Source of the DNA: an uncultured delta proteobacterium
Lineage (GTDB): Bacteria > Desulfobacterota > Desulfobacteria > Desulfobacterales > UBA2156
Length of the DNA: 64,000 nt
Reading direction: 5' to 3'
Assembly: GCA_963736855.1 (NCBI GenBank)
Contig: CAVTQK010000009.1
Coordinates: 416,001-480,000, forward strand
The notes under the pieces are model-generated. The model was not told the DNA's origin and searched no databases. It saw only the letters and a list, made by a program, of their open reading frames with translations. Both the position numbers and the translations under genes were made by a program. Positions 20,112-31,275 of this stretch are shown in pieces; positions within the stretch are counted from its first letter, which is position 1; each line of letters starts with the position of its first letter.

Positions 20112-21356
20112 TTGATTAAAAAAAGGGTCGCGATCACCGGCGTCGGTCTGGTGACACCCCTGGGCGTGGGAGTGAAAGAAACCTGGACCGCTCTTTGCGA
20201 CGGAAAGTCCGGGATCGGACGGATCACGCGGTTCGACGCCACTCAGTACCAGACCCAAATCGCGGGCGAGATCAAAGACTTCAACCCCACCGATTTCATG
20301 TCCCAAAAGGACGCCAACCGGTCCACACCGTTCATCGCCTATTCCGTGGCCGCCTCCCGGATGGCTATGGAAGATTCCGGCTTGACCATCGATTCTGCAA
20401 ATGCTCCACGGGTCGGTGTATTCACGGGGTGCGGTCTGGGGGGGCTTTCTTTTCTGGAGGAAACGACCCGGGTCATCGAACATAAAGGGCCCAAACGGGT
20501 GAGCCCGTTTTTCATCCCGATGATGATAGGGAACATGGCCGCCGGAATGATCTCCATCCTTTTTGGGGCAAAAGGCCCCAACGCATCCATGGCCACCGCA
20601 TGTGCCGCCGGAACCCACGCCGTCGGCGAGGCCTTCAAGATCATTCAAAGCGGTCGTGCCGATGCCATGATCACCGGAGGCGTGGAGTCTGTGGTAACCC
20701 CTACAGCTGTTGCCGGATTCAACGCGATGAAGGCCCTTTCCACCCGAAACGACGCGCCGGAGAAGGCTTCCAGGCCTTTCGACCGGGACCGTGACGGATT
20801 CGTCATCGGAGAGGGCTCCGGTATCCTGATCCTGGAAAGCCTGGAAAACGCCGAAAAACGCGGAGCCCGTATCTATGCCGAGATTGTCGGATATGGAATG
20901 AGCGGGGACGCCTTCCACATCAGCGCCCCTTCACAGGATGGCGAGGGGATGGCGCGATGCATGGCGGCCGCCATTGAAGATTCAGGAATTTTGCCTGAGG
21001 CTGTGGAATATATCAATGCCCACGGTACCTCCACCCTCCTCAATGACCTATATGAAACCCGGGCCATCAAGACCGTCTTTGCGGAACATGCCCGGACGGT
21101 TGCCGTCAGTTCCACGAAATCCATGACCGGCCATCTTCTCGGCGGCGCCGGTGGGATCGAGACCGTTTTTACGGCCCTGACCCTATACCATGACATCCTT
21201 CCCCCCACCATCAATTTTGAAAATCCCGGGGAGGAATGCGATCTCGACTATGTTCCCAACGTCTCCCGCAAAAAAGCCGTCGAGTACGCCATGAACAACT
21301 CCTTTGGTTTTGGCGGAACCAACGCCTGCCTGGTTCTTAAAAAATTCCACCCTTAA
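20112..21356 (+). CDS. fabF: 3-oxoacyl-ACP synthase II
   Basis: TACAAG, NAHGTST, SMTGHLLG, NSFGFGG. Confidence 0.96.
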   Translation: MIKKRVAITGVGLVTPLGVGVKETWTALCDGKSGIGRITRFDATQYQTQIAGEIKDFNPTDFMSQKDANRSTPFIAYSVAASRMAMEDSGLTIDSANAPRVGVFTGCGLGGLSFLEETTRVIEHKGPKRVSPFFIPMMIGNMAAGMISILFGAKGPNASMATACAAGTHAVGEAFKIIQSGRADAMITGGVESVVTPTAVAGFNAMKALSTRNDAPEKASRPFDRDRDGFVIGEGSGILILESLENAEKRGARIYAEIVGYGMSGDAFHISAPSQDGEGMARCMAAAIEDSGILPEAVEYINAHGTSTLLNDLYETRAIKTVFAEHARTVAVSSTKSMTGHLLGGAGGIETVFTALTLYHDILPPTINFENPGEECDLDYVPNVSRKKAVEYAMNNSFGFGGTNACLVLKKFHP

Positions 21357-21382
21357 ATCCTTAATAATTCGTCCATTTTCCC

Positions 21383-21411
21383 TTGCCCAAGCTCAAGGGG
21401 CATGATATAAT
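21383..21411 (+). promoter_or_regulatory. Sigma70 promoter for the rpiB-glyA-nrdR-rib operon
   Basis: TTGCCC-17 bp-TATAAT with TGn extended -10. Confidence 0.65.
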
Positions 21412-21466
21412 AATTATTTGTAGGAAATCATCGACCGTATTCATCGCGCGATAAAAAAGAAAGGCA

Positions 21467-21961
21467 TTGGATATGGAAGACATCACGGGCCCCATTGCCA
21501 TCGGCTGTGATCATGCCGCCTATGCGCTCAAGGAGGTCATCAAGAAATTCCTGCTCCAAAAAGGGATCGAGATAGTGGATGTGGGAACAAACGGGGAAGC
21601 CTCTGTCGATTATCCCGACTTCGGGAAGAAGGTGGCGGCCATGGTCTCTTCGAAAAAGGTCCGTCGCGGCATTCTCATTTGTGGTACCGGAATCGGCATG
21701 TCCATAGTGGCCAACCGGTTTCCCGGTGTACGGGCCGCCCTTTGTTCAGATATGTATTCCGCCACCATGAGCCGGCGACACAACGACGCCAACATTCTCG
21801 CCTTGGGCGCCCGGGTGATTGGTGAAGGGCTCGCCCTGGAAATCGTGCGGGTGTGGCTCGATACTCCCTTCGAAGGCGGGCGCCACCAGATACGCGTCAA
21901 TAAGATCGAACAGGCGGCATTACAGAAAGCCGAAGAGCCGAATCCAGGCACCTCCCGTTGA
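21467..21961 (+). CDS. rpiB: Ribose-5-phosphate isomerase B
   Basis: GCDHAA, DYPD, CGTGIG, RHNDAN, FEGGRH. Confidence 0.95.
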   Translation: MDMEDITGPIAIGCDHAAYALKEVIKKFLLQKGIEIVDVGTNGEASVDYPDFGKKVAAMVSSKKVRRGILICGTGIGMSIVANRFPGVRAALCSDMYSATMSRRHNDANILALGARVIGEGLALEIVRVWLDTPFEGGRHQIRVNKIEQAALQKAEEPNPGTSR

Positions 21962-21995
21962 ATTCATCCCACGATGTGTGGTCTTGCAGAACGAA

Positions 21996-23273
21996 ATGGA
22001 AAACACGCTGACATTGGACGCAATACAAAGAACAGATCCTGAAATCGCCTCAGCCATCCGTGCCGAGTTTATTCGCCAACGAGACACGCTTGAACTGATC
22101 GCATCGGAAAACATCGCCAGCCAAGCGGTCATGGAAGCACAGGGGAGCGTGCTCACGAACAAATACGCCGAGGGTTATCCGGGGAAACGGTATTATGGTG
22201 GATGTGAGTACATGGACCAGACGGAGCGTTTGGCGACAGACCGTGCCAAGTCGCTGTTTAAGGCTGAGTATGCCAACGTTCAGCCGCATTCGGGCTCCCA
22301 AGCCAACATGGCCGTATACTTTTCGCTGCTCGATCCCGGAGATTCCATTCTGGGTATGAGCCTGACCCATGGCGGACACCTGACGCATGGGAGCCCGGCC
22401 AGTTTCTCTGGCCGGTTTTTTCAGTTTTCCCACTACGGCGTGGACAAGACAACCGGACGCATCGACTATACCGAGGTAGAACGGATCGCCCGTCACGTAC
22501 GGCCAAAGATGATCGTTGCCGGAGCTAGCGCCTATCCCCGAATCATCGATTTTGACGCCTTTTCAAACATCGCCCGATCGGTGGGGGCCATTTTGATGGT
22601 GGATATGGCCCACATCGCCGGCCTGGTAGCAGCCGGGCTGCATCCATCCCCTATTCAAACGGCTGATGCGGTCACTTCTACCACGCACAAAACCCTCCGA
22701 GGTCCACGGGGCGGACTGATTCTTTCTCGAGTGATACACAAAGAAAAATTCGACCGGGAGATCTTTCCCGGGATTCAAGGCGGACCCCTCATGCACGTCA
22801 TCGCCGCCAAGGCTGTAGCATTCAAGGAAGCCCTCGGGGACACATTCAAGGCTTATCAAAAACGGGTCGTCGAAAATGCCAAAGCCCTGGCTTCCGGCCT
22901 TCTGGGTGAAGGGGTGGATTTGGTGTCCGGAGGAACAGACAACCACATGCTGCTGCTCGATCTGAGAAGCCTGAACCTCACCGGCAAGACGGCCCAAGAA
23001 ATGCTGGAGCGGGCGGGTATCACCACCAACAAAAACGCCATTCCCTTCGATCCTGCCGGGCCGGCGGTCACCAGCGGGATCCGCATCGGCACCCCGGTGG
23101 TAACCACTCGGGGAATGGGCCTGTCTGAGATGGCCCATATCGCCAATCTGATCGTTCGGGTCTTGATAAAACCGGGAGACGACAAGACGATTCAAGAGAT
23201 CCGAAAAAAAACCCTGGATCTCTGCAGGGCGTTTCCGATTTATCCGCAATTTAACCCGGGAGAGTCCAACTGA
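21996..23273 (+). CDS. glyA: Serine hydroxymethyltransferase
   Basis: [29 protein letters not shown]; start inferred. Confidence 0.97.
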   Translation: MENTLTLDAIQRTDPEIASAIRAEFIRQRDTLELIASENIASQAVMEAQGSVLTNKYAEGYPGKRYYGGCEYMDQTERLATDRAKSLFKAEYANVQPHSGSQANMAVYFSLLDPGDSILGMSLTHGGHLTHGSPASFSGRFFQFSHYGVDKTTGRIDYTEVERIARHVRPKMIVAGASAYPRIIDFDAFSNIARSVGAILMVDMAHIAGLVAAGLHPSPIQTADAVTSTTHKTLRGPRGGLILSRVIHKEKFDREIFPGIQGGPLMHVIAAKAVAFKEALGDTFKAYQKRVVENAKALASGLLGEGVDLVSGGTDNHMLLLDLRSLNLTGKTAQEMLERAGITTNKNAIPFDPAGPAVTSGIRIGTPVVTTRGMGLSEMAHIANLIVRVLIKPGDDKTIQEIRKKTLDLCRAFPIYPQFNPGESN

Positions 23274-23753
23274 ATGGAAAATTGCGACAGCCGCCCCTCT
23301 TGGGAAACTTATTTCATGGATATCGCATCCCTGGTGGCCAAGCGCTCCACTTGCCTCAGACGGTCCGTGGGAGCGATCATCGTCAAGGAAAAGCGGATTC
23401 TAAGTACCGGATATAACGGCGCCCCTTCGGGAATCCGGCATTGTCTGGAAACGGGATGCCTTCGGGAACAGATGGGGCTTGCTTCCGGCGAAAGGCACGA
23501 GCTTTGCCGGGGGATCCATGCGGAGCAAAATGCCATCATCCAGGCAGCTCTTCACGGCGTCTCCATCAAGGATGCCGATCTTTTTTGCACCAATTTACCC
23601 TGTGCCATCTGTGCCAAGATGCTCATCAATGCCGGCATCCGAAAGATATACTACCAATCCGGTTATGCGGACCACATGTCCACTCAGATGTTCGAGGAGG
23701 CGGGAGTCGCTGTCATCCATCTGGAAAATCCTAAACAAGGAAGCCAAGCATGA
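23274..23753 (+). CDS. dCMP deaminase/ComEB-like zinc deaminase
   Basis: RPSW..YFM, TGYNG, HAEQNA, PCAIC. Confidence 0.9.
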   Translation: MENCDSRPSWETYFMDIASLVAKRSTCLRRSVGAIIVKEKRILSTGYNGAPSGIRHCLETGCLREQMGLASGERHELCRGIHAEQNAIIQAALHGVSIKDADLFCTNLPCAICAKMLINAGIRKIYYQSGYADHMSTQMFEEAGVAVIHLENPKQGSQA

Positions 23754-24205
23754 AATGTCCATTCTGCTCCGAACTCGACAACAAGGTGATCGATTCCAGA
23801 CTCGGCAAAGACGGTGAAGTCATTCGGCGGAGACGGGAATGCATCGCTTGCGGCAGGCGGTTCACCACGTACGAACACGTCGAGGAGATCCCCCTGACGA
23901 TCATCAAGAAAGATGGCCGCCGGGAGGTCTTTTCGCGGGGAAAAGTCCTTTCCGGAATGAAGAAAGCCTGCGAGAAGCGAAACATCAGTATCAACGAGAT
24001 CGAGTCGTTTGTCGACGACCTGGAACGGGATTTAAGGGAGATCGGAGAAAAGGAAATCTCTTCCCATGTTGTGGGTGAAAAAATAATGGCCAAGCTTCAC
24101 ACCATCGATGACGTAGCCTACGTCCGGTTTGCCTCCGTCTACCGGGAATTCAAGGATGTTAACGACTTTTTCGATGAACTCAAAAATCTCTTGAATAAGC
24201 AATAG
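23750..24205 (+). CDS. nrdR: Transcriptional repressor NrdR
   Basis: MKCPFC, RRRREC..C..RFTTYE, ATP cone, YVRFASVY. Confidence 0.97.
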   Translation: MKCPFCSELDNKVIDSRLGKDGEVIRRRRECIACGRRFTTYEHVEEIPLTIIKKDGRREVFSRGKVLSGMKKACEKRNISINEIESFVDDLERDLREIGEKEISSHVVGEKIMAKLHTIDDVAYVRFASVYREFKDVNDFFDELKNLLNKQ

Positions 24206-24232
24206 TCTCATCTCAAGTTTCCCAAAATACCC

Positions 24233-25390
24233 ATGGATGATCGATTCTTTATGAAAATGGCCCTCACCCTTGCACGGAAAGGGATGGGGTTCACCTCCCC
24301 CAACCCCATGGTAGGAGCCGTCGTGGTAAAAGATGAGAAGGTCGTAGGAAAAGGGTTCCATCGAAAGGTGGGCAGGCCCCATGCCGAGATCGAGGCCATC
24401 CAGGATGCGGGGCCACTTTCCAAGGGGGCGACCCTTTTCGTAACTCTGGAGCCGTGCAACCATTTCGGCCGGACACCCCCGTGCACCCGGGCTATCCTTG
24501 AAGCCGGGATCCGGCGCATTGTGGCCGCCATGAAAGACCCCAATCCGGATGTGACCGGCAGAGGTATCGATTTTCTCCATGAAAATGGTGTGGAGACCAC
24601 CCTGGGAGTCCTTGAGACCGAAGCCAGGACCCTCAATGAAGCTTATGTGAAGTATGTTTTGACAAAGCGGCCCTTTGTCATTGCCAAATGCGCGGCCACG
24701 CTGGATGGATGGATCGCTACCCGGACCGGTGACTCCCGTTGGGTCACTGGGGAACGATCCAGAGCCTATGTCCATCGGATGCGACATGCCGTAGATGCCA
24801 TTCTGGTCGGTGTCGGTACAATTAAACGGGATGACCCTCAATTGACGACCCGGATTCCTGGAAAAAAAGTTTCCCATCCGATCAGAGTCATCCTGGACAC
24901 CCGGCTTAGCCTCCCCGAGGAGGCAAAGGTATTGCAGCACAACACCGACTCTGGTACATTAATTATTATCGGTGAAGCCTATCAAAACGTCCCCGATGTC
25001 GTCGCCAAAAAAAGCCGGATCGAAACATCCGGGGTCAAGGTCATTGCAGCTCCGACCCGAGACGACCGGATCGACCTTTACAGGCTCATGGATCGTCTGG
25101 GCGCCCTGGGTATCACCAGCCTGCTCATCGAAGGCGGAAGCCGCACGCTGGGATCCGCCTTTTTGTCAGGCGTGGTGGATAAAATTGCCTTTATCTTCGC
25201 ACCAAAGATCCTGGGGGGAGATGACGGATACCCCATCTGCCGGGGGCCAGGCCCTGAATGGATGGCTGCAAGCATACCGATGGAGCGTATCCGCCTGCAT
25301 CGATTTAAAGATGATATCATGATCGAAGGGTACATAACCTCCCAAAAAAAGGCGGAAAATAGTCCGCGATCCGGAAATCCGAAACGATAA
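24233..25390 (+). CDS. ribD: Bifunctional riboflavin deaminase/reductase
   Basis: PNPMVG, HAE, LEPCNH..TPPC, EGG. Confidence 0.96.
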   Translation: MDDRFFMKMALTLARKGMGFTSPNPMVGAVVVKDEKVVGKGFHRKVGRPHAEIEAIQDAGPLSKGATLFVTLEPCNHFGRTPPCTRAILEAGIRRIVAAMKDPNPDVTGRGIDFLHENGVETTLGVLETEARTLNEAYVKYVLTKRPFVIAKCAATLDGWIATRTGDSRWVTGERSRAYVHRMRHAVDAILVGVGTIKRDDPQLTTRIPGKKVSHPIRVILDTRLSLPEEAKVLQHNTDSGTLIIIGEAYQNVPDVVAKKSRIETSGVKVIAAPTRDDRIDLYRLMDRLGALGITSLLIEGGSRTLGSAFLSGVVDKIAFIFAPKILGGDDGYPICRGPGPEWMAASIPMERIRLHRFKDDIMIEGYITSQKKAENSPRSGNPKR

Positions 25391-25394
25391 AACC

Positions 25395-26063
25395 ATGTTT
25401 ACAGGAATCATCGAAGGGCAGGGGACCATCGCAGCGATTCAGGCTGCAGAACAGGGTCGGCGATTTGTCTTTGCTGTCGAACTCACCTTGAACGAACCCC
25501 GAATCGGGGACAGCATTGCGGTCAACGGCGTCTGTCTGACGGCAGTGACTTTTTCCGGAAACCGCTTCGCCGCAGATGTATCACCGGAAACCTTAGAAAA
25601 AACGACGCTCGGAAAAGCCCGGATCGGAGATCGAGTCAACATCGAGCGCGCCATGCGATTTTCCGACCGGATCGGTGGGCACCTGGTTTCCGGCCATATC
25701 GATGGCGTCGGACGGATCCGGGAAAAGACCCGCATGGCAAACGCTTTTCGGGTGATCATCCAAGCGCCCGAGCATATCCTTGAATTCATGGTTCCGAAAG
25801 GATCCGTGGCGGTGGACGGGGTGAGCCTAACCCTCAACGACTGCCGTCCGGATACCTTCGAGGTCAGCATCATTCCTCATACGGCGCAAATGACCACCGT
25901 GGGGACTAAAAAACCAAACGATCCTGTTAACATCGAAGCGGACATGATCGGAAAATATGTCGCCCATTTCTTATCCCGGCAAAAAAAATCTTCATCCGAA
26001 AAACGGGCTATAGAGGGTTCACTTCTAGACCGTGCATATCTGGAAAAGACCGGTTTCCTTTGA
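25395..26063 (+). CDS. ribE: Riboflavin synthase alpha subunit
   Basis: MFTGII N-terminus, GVCLT, GGHLVSGHID. Confidence 0.95.
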   Translation: MFTGIIEGQGTIAAIQAAEQGRRFVFAVELTLNEPRIGDSIAVNGVCLTAVTFSGNRFAADVSPETLEKTTLGKARIGDRVNIERAMRFSDRIGGHLVSGHIDGVGRIREKTRMANAFRVIIQAPEHILEFMVPKGSVAVDGVSLTLNDCRPDTFEVSIIPHTAQMTTVGTKKPNDPVNIEADMIGKYVAHFLSRQKKSSSEKRAIEGSLLDRAYLEKTGFL

Positions 26064-26112
26064 AAGGCTTTTCTTTTAATTATTCAGATCAGACAAGGAG
26101 TTAAAAGATCCG

Positions 26113-27327
26113 ATGCCAAAAATTTCCATTGAAAAGGCCATTGAAGAGATTCGACAAGGTAAAATGGTGATCCTGGTCGATGACGAAGACCGGGAAAACG
26201 AAGGGGATCTCACCATGGCCGCCGAAAAAGTGACCCCTGAAGCCATCAATTTCATGGCCAAATACGCCAGGGGGTTGATTTGTCTTTCCATGACGGAGAA
26301 AAAGATTGATTCCCTGGATCTTCCTCCCATGGTCAACAACAACACTTCACGGTTTCAGACCGGATTCACCGTTTCCATTGAAGCTCGGTGCGGCGTGACT
26401 ACCGGCATCTCCGCATTCGATCGCGCCACCACCATCCTCACCGCCACTGCAGATAACGCCAAACCCGGCGACCTGGTCCGGCCGGGGCACATCTTCCCCC
26501 TGAGGGCAAGAAACGGCGGCGTCATGGTCCGGGCCGGTCAAACCGAAGGGTCCGTGGATCTGGCCCGCCTGGCCGGACTCAAGCATGCCGGAGTGATTTG
26601 CGAAATCATGGACGAAGATGGGACGATGGCCAGGATGCCCGCCCTCGTGGAATTCAGCAAGCAGCACGATATCGGGATTTGTACCATCGCCGACCTCATC
26701 GAGTATCGGATGCGGACCGAATCATTCGTATCCCGAGCTGCGGAAACCGTCATCCCCACCTCCATCGCCGGCACCTTCAAGGCCATCGTCTTTGAAAACA
26801 AAATCGACGACCTGCTGCACATTGCCCTGATCAAAGGGGAGATCGATCCGAACGAGCCGATTCTGGTCCGTGTTCATTCCGAATGTCTGACCGGAGACAT
26901 CTTCGGTTCCCTTCGCTGTGATTGCGGAGAACAACTCCACCAGGCCATGAAAAGGATGGACAAGGAAGGCAGGGGCGTTCTGCTGTATATCCGTCAAGAG
27001 GGCCGGGGGATCGGCCTTATTAATAAGCTGAAGGCCTATGCTCTCCAGGACCAGGGACTCGACACGGTGGAAGCCAACCAGGCACTGGGATTCAAGCCGG
27101 ATCTGAGAAACTACGGGATCGGTGCCCAGATCCTGGCCAATCTCGGCGTCCGAAAGATGCGGCTTCTGACCAACAATCCCAAGAAAATCGTGGGACTGGA
27201 AGGTTATGGGATGAGCGTCGTGGAACAGGTTCCCATCGCTGTTGAACCCAACGAATTCAACCGTTGCTACCTGAAATGTAAGGAACTGAAGATGGGACAT
27301 CTGCTCAATATCGACGCCAATCCGTGA
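26113..27327 (+). CDS. ribBA: DHBP synthase / GTP cyclohydrolase II
   Basis: [34 protein letters not shown]. Confidence 0.97.
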   Translation: MPKISIEKAIEEIRQGKMVILVDDEDRENEGDLTMAAEKVTPEAINFMAKYARGLICLSMTEKKIDSLDLPPMVNNNTSRFQTGFTVSIEARCGVTTGISAFDRATTILTATADNAKPGDLVRPGHIFPLRARNGGVMVRAGQTEGSVDLARLAGLKHAGVICEIMDEDGTMARMPALVEFSKQHDIGICTIADLIEYRMRTESFVSRAAETVIPTSIAGTFKAIVFENKIDDLLHIALIKGEIDPNEPILVRVHSECLTGDIFGSLRCDCGEQLHQAMKRMDKEGRGVLLYIRQEGRGIGLINKLKAYALQDQGLDTVEANQALGFKPDLRNYGIGAQILANLGVRKMRLLTNNPKKIVGLEGYGMSVVEQVPIAVEPNEFNRCYLKCKELKMGHLLNIDANP

Positions 27328-27390
27328 TTTTAAAAAAAGGGTTCTTTCGATATTCTGTCTGATGAAAAAACCCACAAAAGGGGGGCGCAC

Positions 27391-27864
27391 ATGCCGAAAA
27401 CAGTAGAAGGGAAACTGAATGCTCAGGGGAAGCGGTTCGCATTGGTGGTCAGCCGCTTCAATGACTTTATCACGGAAAAACTCCTGTCAGGGGCCCTCGA
27501 TGCGCTGATCCGTTGCGGCGCACGGGAAGAGGATCTTGAAATCGTCAAGGTTCCGGGATCCTTTGAAATCCCGCTGGCAGCTAAAAAATTGGCCGAGAAA
27601 AGGAGCCATCACGCTGTGATTTGCCTGGGAGCGGTCATTCGAGGTGCCACCCCACATTTCGATTATATCAGCGCAGAGGTCTCCAAGGGGATCGCCACGG
27701 TGGGTTTGGAGTGCGGGGTTCCGGTGATCTTCGGCGTCGTCACTACCGATACCATCGAACAGGCCATCGAACGGGCCGGGACCAAGGCCGGAAACAAAGG
27801 GTGGAGCGCTGCCATCACCGCTATAGAAATGGCCGATCTGATGGAGGCGTTGGATCGGAAATAA
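27391..27864 (+). CDS. ribH: Lumazine synthase
   Basis: [22 protein letters not shown]. Confidence 0.97.
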   Translation: MPKTVEGKLNAQGKRFALVVSRFNDFITEKLLSGALDALIRCGAREEDLEIVKVPGSFEIPLAAKKLAEKRSHHAVICLGAVIRGATPHFDYISAEVSKGIATVGLECGVPVIFGVVTTDTIEQAIERAGTKAGNKGWSAAITAIEMADLMEALDRK

Positions 27865-27867
27865 CCC

Positions 27868-28302
27868 ATGGGGAGCCGCCGCCGATCCAGGGAACTCGCC
27901 ATGCAAGCCTTGTTCTTCATGGACATGGCCCATGGTGTGAACGAAGAAGCACTAAAGCGCTACCTGGATCATTTCCCCCCTCCTGAACACGCAGGCGCCT
28001 TTTTCCTGGATCTGGTCAAAGGGGTGATGCAGACCATGCCCGAAATCGACGCCTTGATCGAATCGGCCTCAGACAACTGGAAATTGAGCCGGATGTCCTG
28101 CGTCGACCGAAATGTCATGCGGATTGCGGTTTATGAACTCAAGTACCGTAACGATATTCCCCCTAAAGTGGCCATGAACGAGGCTATCGATGTGGGGAAA
28201 AAATACGGCACCGAGGATTCCGGCGCCTTCATCAACGGAATCCTGGACACCATACATATGAAACTCATTAAAAAACAGGGGGATCAAGACAACAACGGAT
28301 GA
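27868..28302 (+). CDS. nusB: Transcription antitermination factor NusB
   Basis: RRRSRE..Q.L, DRNVMR, NEAI, FINGILD. Confidence 0.95.
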   Translation: MGSRRRSRELAMQALFFMDMAHGVNEEALKRYLDHFPPPEHAGAFFLDLVKGVMQTMPEIDALIESASDNWKLSRMSCVDRNVMRIAVYELKYRNDIPPKVAMNEAIDVGKKYGTEDSGAFINGILDTIHMKLIKKQGDQDNNG

Positions 28303-28958
28303 AAGCACACACTACCCAAAAGAGCGGGGAATTGATCATTCACAAACTGACCGTCGGCCCCCTCATGTCTAATTGTTTCATCGTCGGGTGCCAAAAGACA
28401 AAAATAGCCGCAGTCATCGATCCCGGGGACGAGACAGAGAGGATTCTACTTGCCCTGGCCCGGTCCAGCCTGACCTTGAAAAATATTATCAACACCCACG
28501 GTCATTTCGATCACGTCAGCGGTAATAAGAAGCTCAAAGACGCCACCGGGGCCGAAATTCTCATCCACCCCCTCGATGCCCCCATGTTGAGACACATTTC
28601 CGCAAGCGCCGCGTACTTCGGTCTTTCCTCCGATGATTCACCCTCTCCTGACCGGACCGTAAATGAGGGAGATACCATCGCTTTCGGGGAGGTGATCCTG
28701 GAGGTCATTCACACACCCGGCCACACACCCGGCGGAATTTCCCTTTCCACGGACGGCGTCGTCTTTGTGGGCGATACCCTCTTTGCCGGATCCATCGGCC
28801 GGACCGATCTTCCGGGAGGGGATTACGACACGCTTATTTCCAGCATCCGAAAAAAACTGTTTCAGCTCCCGGACACCGTGCGGGTCCTTTGCGGGCACGG
28901 CCCGGAAACAACCATCGGTATCGAGAAACGCACCAACCCATTCGCCGCAATCCGATGA
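28299..28958 (+). CDS. MBL-fold metallo-hydrolase (glyoxalase II/YcbL-like)
   Basis: THGHFDH, TPGHTPG, GDTLF, GHG. Confidence 0.92.
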   Translation: MKAHTTQKSGELIIHKLTVGPLMSNCFIVGCQKTKIAAVIDPGDETERILLALARSSLTLKNIINTHGHFDHVSGNKKLKDATGAEILIHPLDAPMLRHISASAAYFGLSSDDSPSPDRTVNEGDTIAFGEVILEVIHTPGHTPGGISLSTDGVVFVGDTLFAGSIGRTDLPGGDYDTLISSIRKKLFQLPDTVRVLCGHGPETTIGIEKRTNPFAAIR

Positions 28959-29114
28959 TCTAACCCATCAAGAACAATAGTTCATTTCTTCTTATCGGTT
29001 CTTTTCTTGCCATGGGCTCGTACAGGGTAAAAAAATGGTAAGAGGCTCAATGTGAGGCGGACGACTCGAATAAACACCTACCAATATCTGCCAATGTTTT
29101 CTTTAGGCAGTCAT

Positions 29115-29690
29115 TCATTTGGAAGAACGATTCAATAGTGTTTCAGTTGGTGGACACCTTCTCTTTCTTACCGCTTTCGCTGGGTTGCCAGCAGCAATTG
29201 TATACTCTGGCACATCATCCAAGACAATGGCACCGGCACCAATGATGGAACCGGATCCCACAATAACCCCACCCTTGAGGAAGGCATGTGCGCCGATCCA
29301 GACATCGTCCCCAATAGTGACGGGTTGCTCGATATGATTCAGAGAGGTCATGGGTTCCCCCGGCTTATCAAAATGATGGGTCGAGGATACGATGATCGCG
29401 TAGGGGCCAATCATCACGCCGTCTCACATTTTGATTCCTCCTCTTCCATCAAGCATAGCTCCTGTATTGATGGAAAAGTAATCGCCGGCCTCAATACCAT
29501 ATGTATGGGTTAGGTAGGCTCCGGCATAGATGATAGATGACTTTCCTAAACTTTTAAAAAGTCATGCATAGATCTTTCTGCGTAACAGCATACCTTCCAG
29601 GCCCGGCAAATAGCGGCAAATAAAACATAGATATTCCTCGGCAAGCAGATGGAGCAGTATACCCCTTATATTTCTTGGAAAATCTTTTTA
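29115..29690 (-). pseudogene. Hexapeptide-repeat (LbH) O-acetyltransferase pseudogene
   Basis: One frame reads ..LRRKIYA*LFKSLG..DGRGGIKM*DGVMIGP..IGDDVWIG..AGNPAK with in-frame TGA at 29562-29564 and 29424-29426; 5' end not resolvable. Confidence 0.8.
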
Positions 29691-29785
29691 TGGGACTCTC
29701 GATATTTCCCATGACAGCTTCTCATTTCTTATTTGGAATGAAGTTCTTAAACGGTTTCCCATGATAAGAAATTGATAAATTTGTT

Positions 29786-30559
29786 TTAGTTTTTGACAAG
29801 AATCACCGTGGCGAATGAACAGAACAGCTTTCGCATCAAAAGCGATAAAAACAGGTCCAACTCGAATACTATTCTATAGAAGACATTTGGGATATAAGAA
29901 TTGTGTGAGATTCCACCGGTCAGAAAATAAGATATAAAAGTGAACGGCTTCACCGATTTTATTGAATATATCCTGGATAACCTCTTAATAAATGCTTTCC
30001 TGGAGAAGAATATCATGTGGGGAAGAGCCTGATTTGCAGAGCTGAGAGGCCCTTCAATAGACGCAAGTTCCGGTTTTTCGATCGAAAAATCTATGGGTTC
30101 ATGATGGATGAACTTGAAAATAGGATATGAGAAGATCGAAAAATACGGTTCGGTTATGATTATCTTTCCTCCCGGTTTTAGCTTTATTGCCGCTTTCTCA
30201 AGAAATAAAATGGGTTTTTGAAGATGGTGGATGACATTGGTCATTGTTATTACATCGATGCTGCAATCCTTAAATTTTTTGACTTTGTCAATATCATGGC
30301 AGTCGAATATTATATCGAGATGTTCCATGTCCAGTATATCGCTCGTTGTAACGGAAGGATAAAACCGCTTCAGAGGCGAAGTTCCACTGCCGATTTCGAG
30401 GATATTTAGTTTCATAATATCCTCCATGTTTCCAAATATGCTCCTGTAAAGTCGCTCATACCAAAACATCAGATTCCAATTATGTATGAGTCTTTCCCTG
30501 TTGAAAAGCGTTTTTTCCTTATCAGAGTGAAACTGGTCTGAGTTTTTTGATGAGATCAT
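29786..30559 (-). CDS. Class I SAM-dependent methyltransferase, AT-rich
   Basis: LEIGSG, VIHHL, LKPGG..EP, SANQA. Confidence 0.85.
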   Translation of the reverse strand: MISSKNSDQFHSDKEKTLFNRERLIHNWNLMFWYERLYRSIFGNMEDIMKLNILEIGSGTSPLKRFYPSVTTSDILDMEHLDIIFDCHDIDKVKKFKDCSIDVITMTNVIHHLQKPILFLEKAAIKLKPGGKIIITEPYFSIFSYPIFKFIHHEPIDFSIEKPELASIEGPLSSANQALPHMIFFSRKAFIKRLSRIYSIKSVKPFTFISYFLTGGISHNSYIPNVFYRIVFELDLFLSLLMRKLFCSFATVILVKN

Positions 30560-30825
30560 TCGTCGTTATTTCCGATTGAATCTATTTTTATCTTACAACT
30601 TTATTGAATTTTGTTTGACAACTTCACGTATTCAACATTTCCTGTGTTACAGAGAAGCATGATGATTTCTGGCTTGTATCCATGCGATTTATTCGAGAAG
30701 AATTTCAAAAGTATGCTGTTTCATCGGCAACATGGCTTCGATTGGAATTCTAAGCTACGAAATTGTACTGGTCTGCGCTTTTGTTCCTATCGGGTCTTTA
30801 ATGACGGGTATTTTCTAACGGGCCT

Positions 30826-31275
30826 TTAAAATGCACCGAGCTGACATGCGGTGATTTTGATCTTCATGGCTTCACATGCTGCACTAACGGTCATCCTGGA
30901 TACCCCTAATGTCTCAGCGATGTTCCAGGCTGCCTCGCAATGAAGTTTTCCGTCTTTCAATGCACCTGAAATGGCCTTTCGGAGAGTCCCATCGACATGT
31001 TCCGCCGGAGCGACGATCTTTTTTTCGGGTAAGTAACCGAAAAGACCCAGCTGGCATTTTGACAAATGGATGCCGAGCAGATCGGCCGTGTTTCCCACCT
31101 CTTTTGGCAGCCGCCTGATATCCTTTGCGATCGCAAATGCCACAGCGCACGGCAGTTTGTCTTTTCCTTTGAGGCGTTTTTCGATTTCAGCCCGAATCGT
31201 GGCATCCGGGACAGCCTCTTTCGGGTGTTTTTTACTGAAATTGGATTTCTTTTCAGCCTGCATCTTTCCCTCCAT
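30826..31275 (-). CDS. Conserved hypothetical protein with two internal repeats ending CQLGxF
   Basis: KLPCAVAF..CQLGLF and KLHCEAAW..CQLGAF. Confidence 0.8.
   Translation of the reverse strand: MEGKMQAEKKSNFSKKHPKEAVPDATIRAEIEKRLKGKDKLPCAVAFAIAKDIRRLPKEVGNTADLLGIHLSKCQLGLFGYLPEKKIVAPAEHVDGTLRKAISGALKDGKLHCEAAWNIAETLGVSRMTVSAACEAMKIKITACQLGAF

Noticed and set aside
24206..24232. FMN riboswitch before the rib genes
   Set aside because: ribD follows nrdR after only 27 nt, leaving no room
29424..29564. Selenocysteine or UGA=Gly recoding in the acetyltransferase
   Set aside because: The UGA positions do not correspond to Cys, no SECIS-like hairpin was recognised, the 5' end is also disrupted, and many genes in the window use TGA as a normal stop
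30611..30829. Decayed ferredoxin (NCTGLRFC)
   Set aside because: Too few Cys remain; not distinguishable from chance in AT-rich DNA
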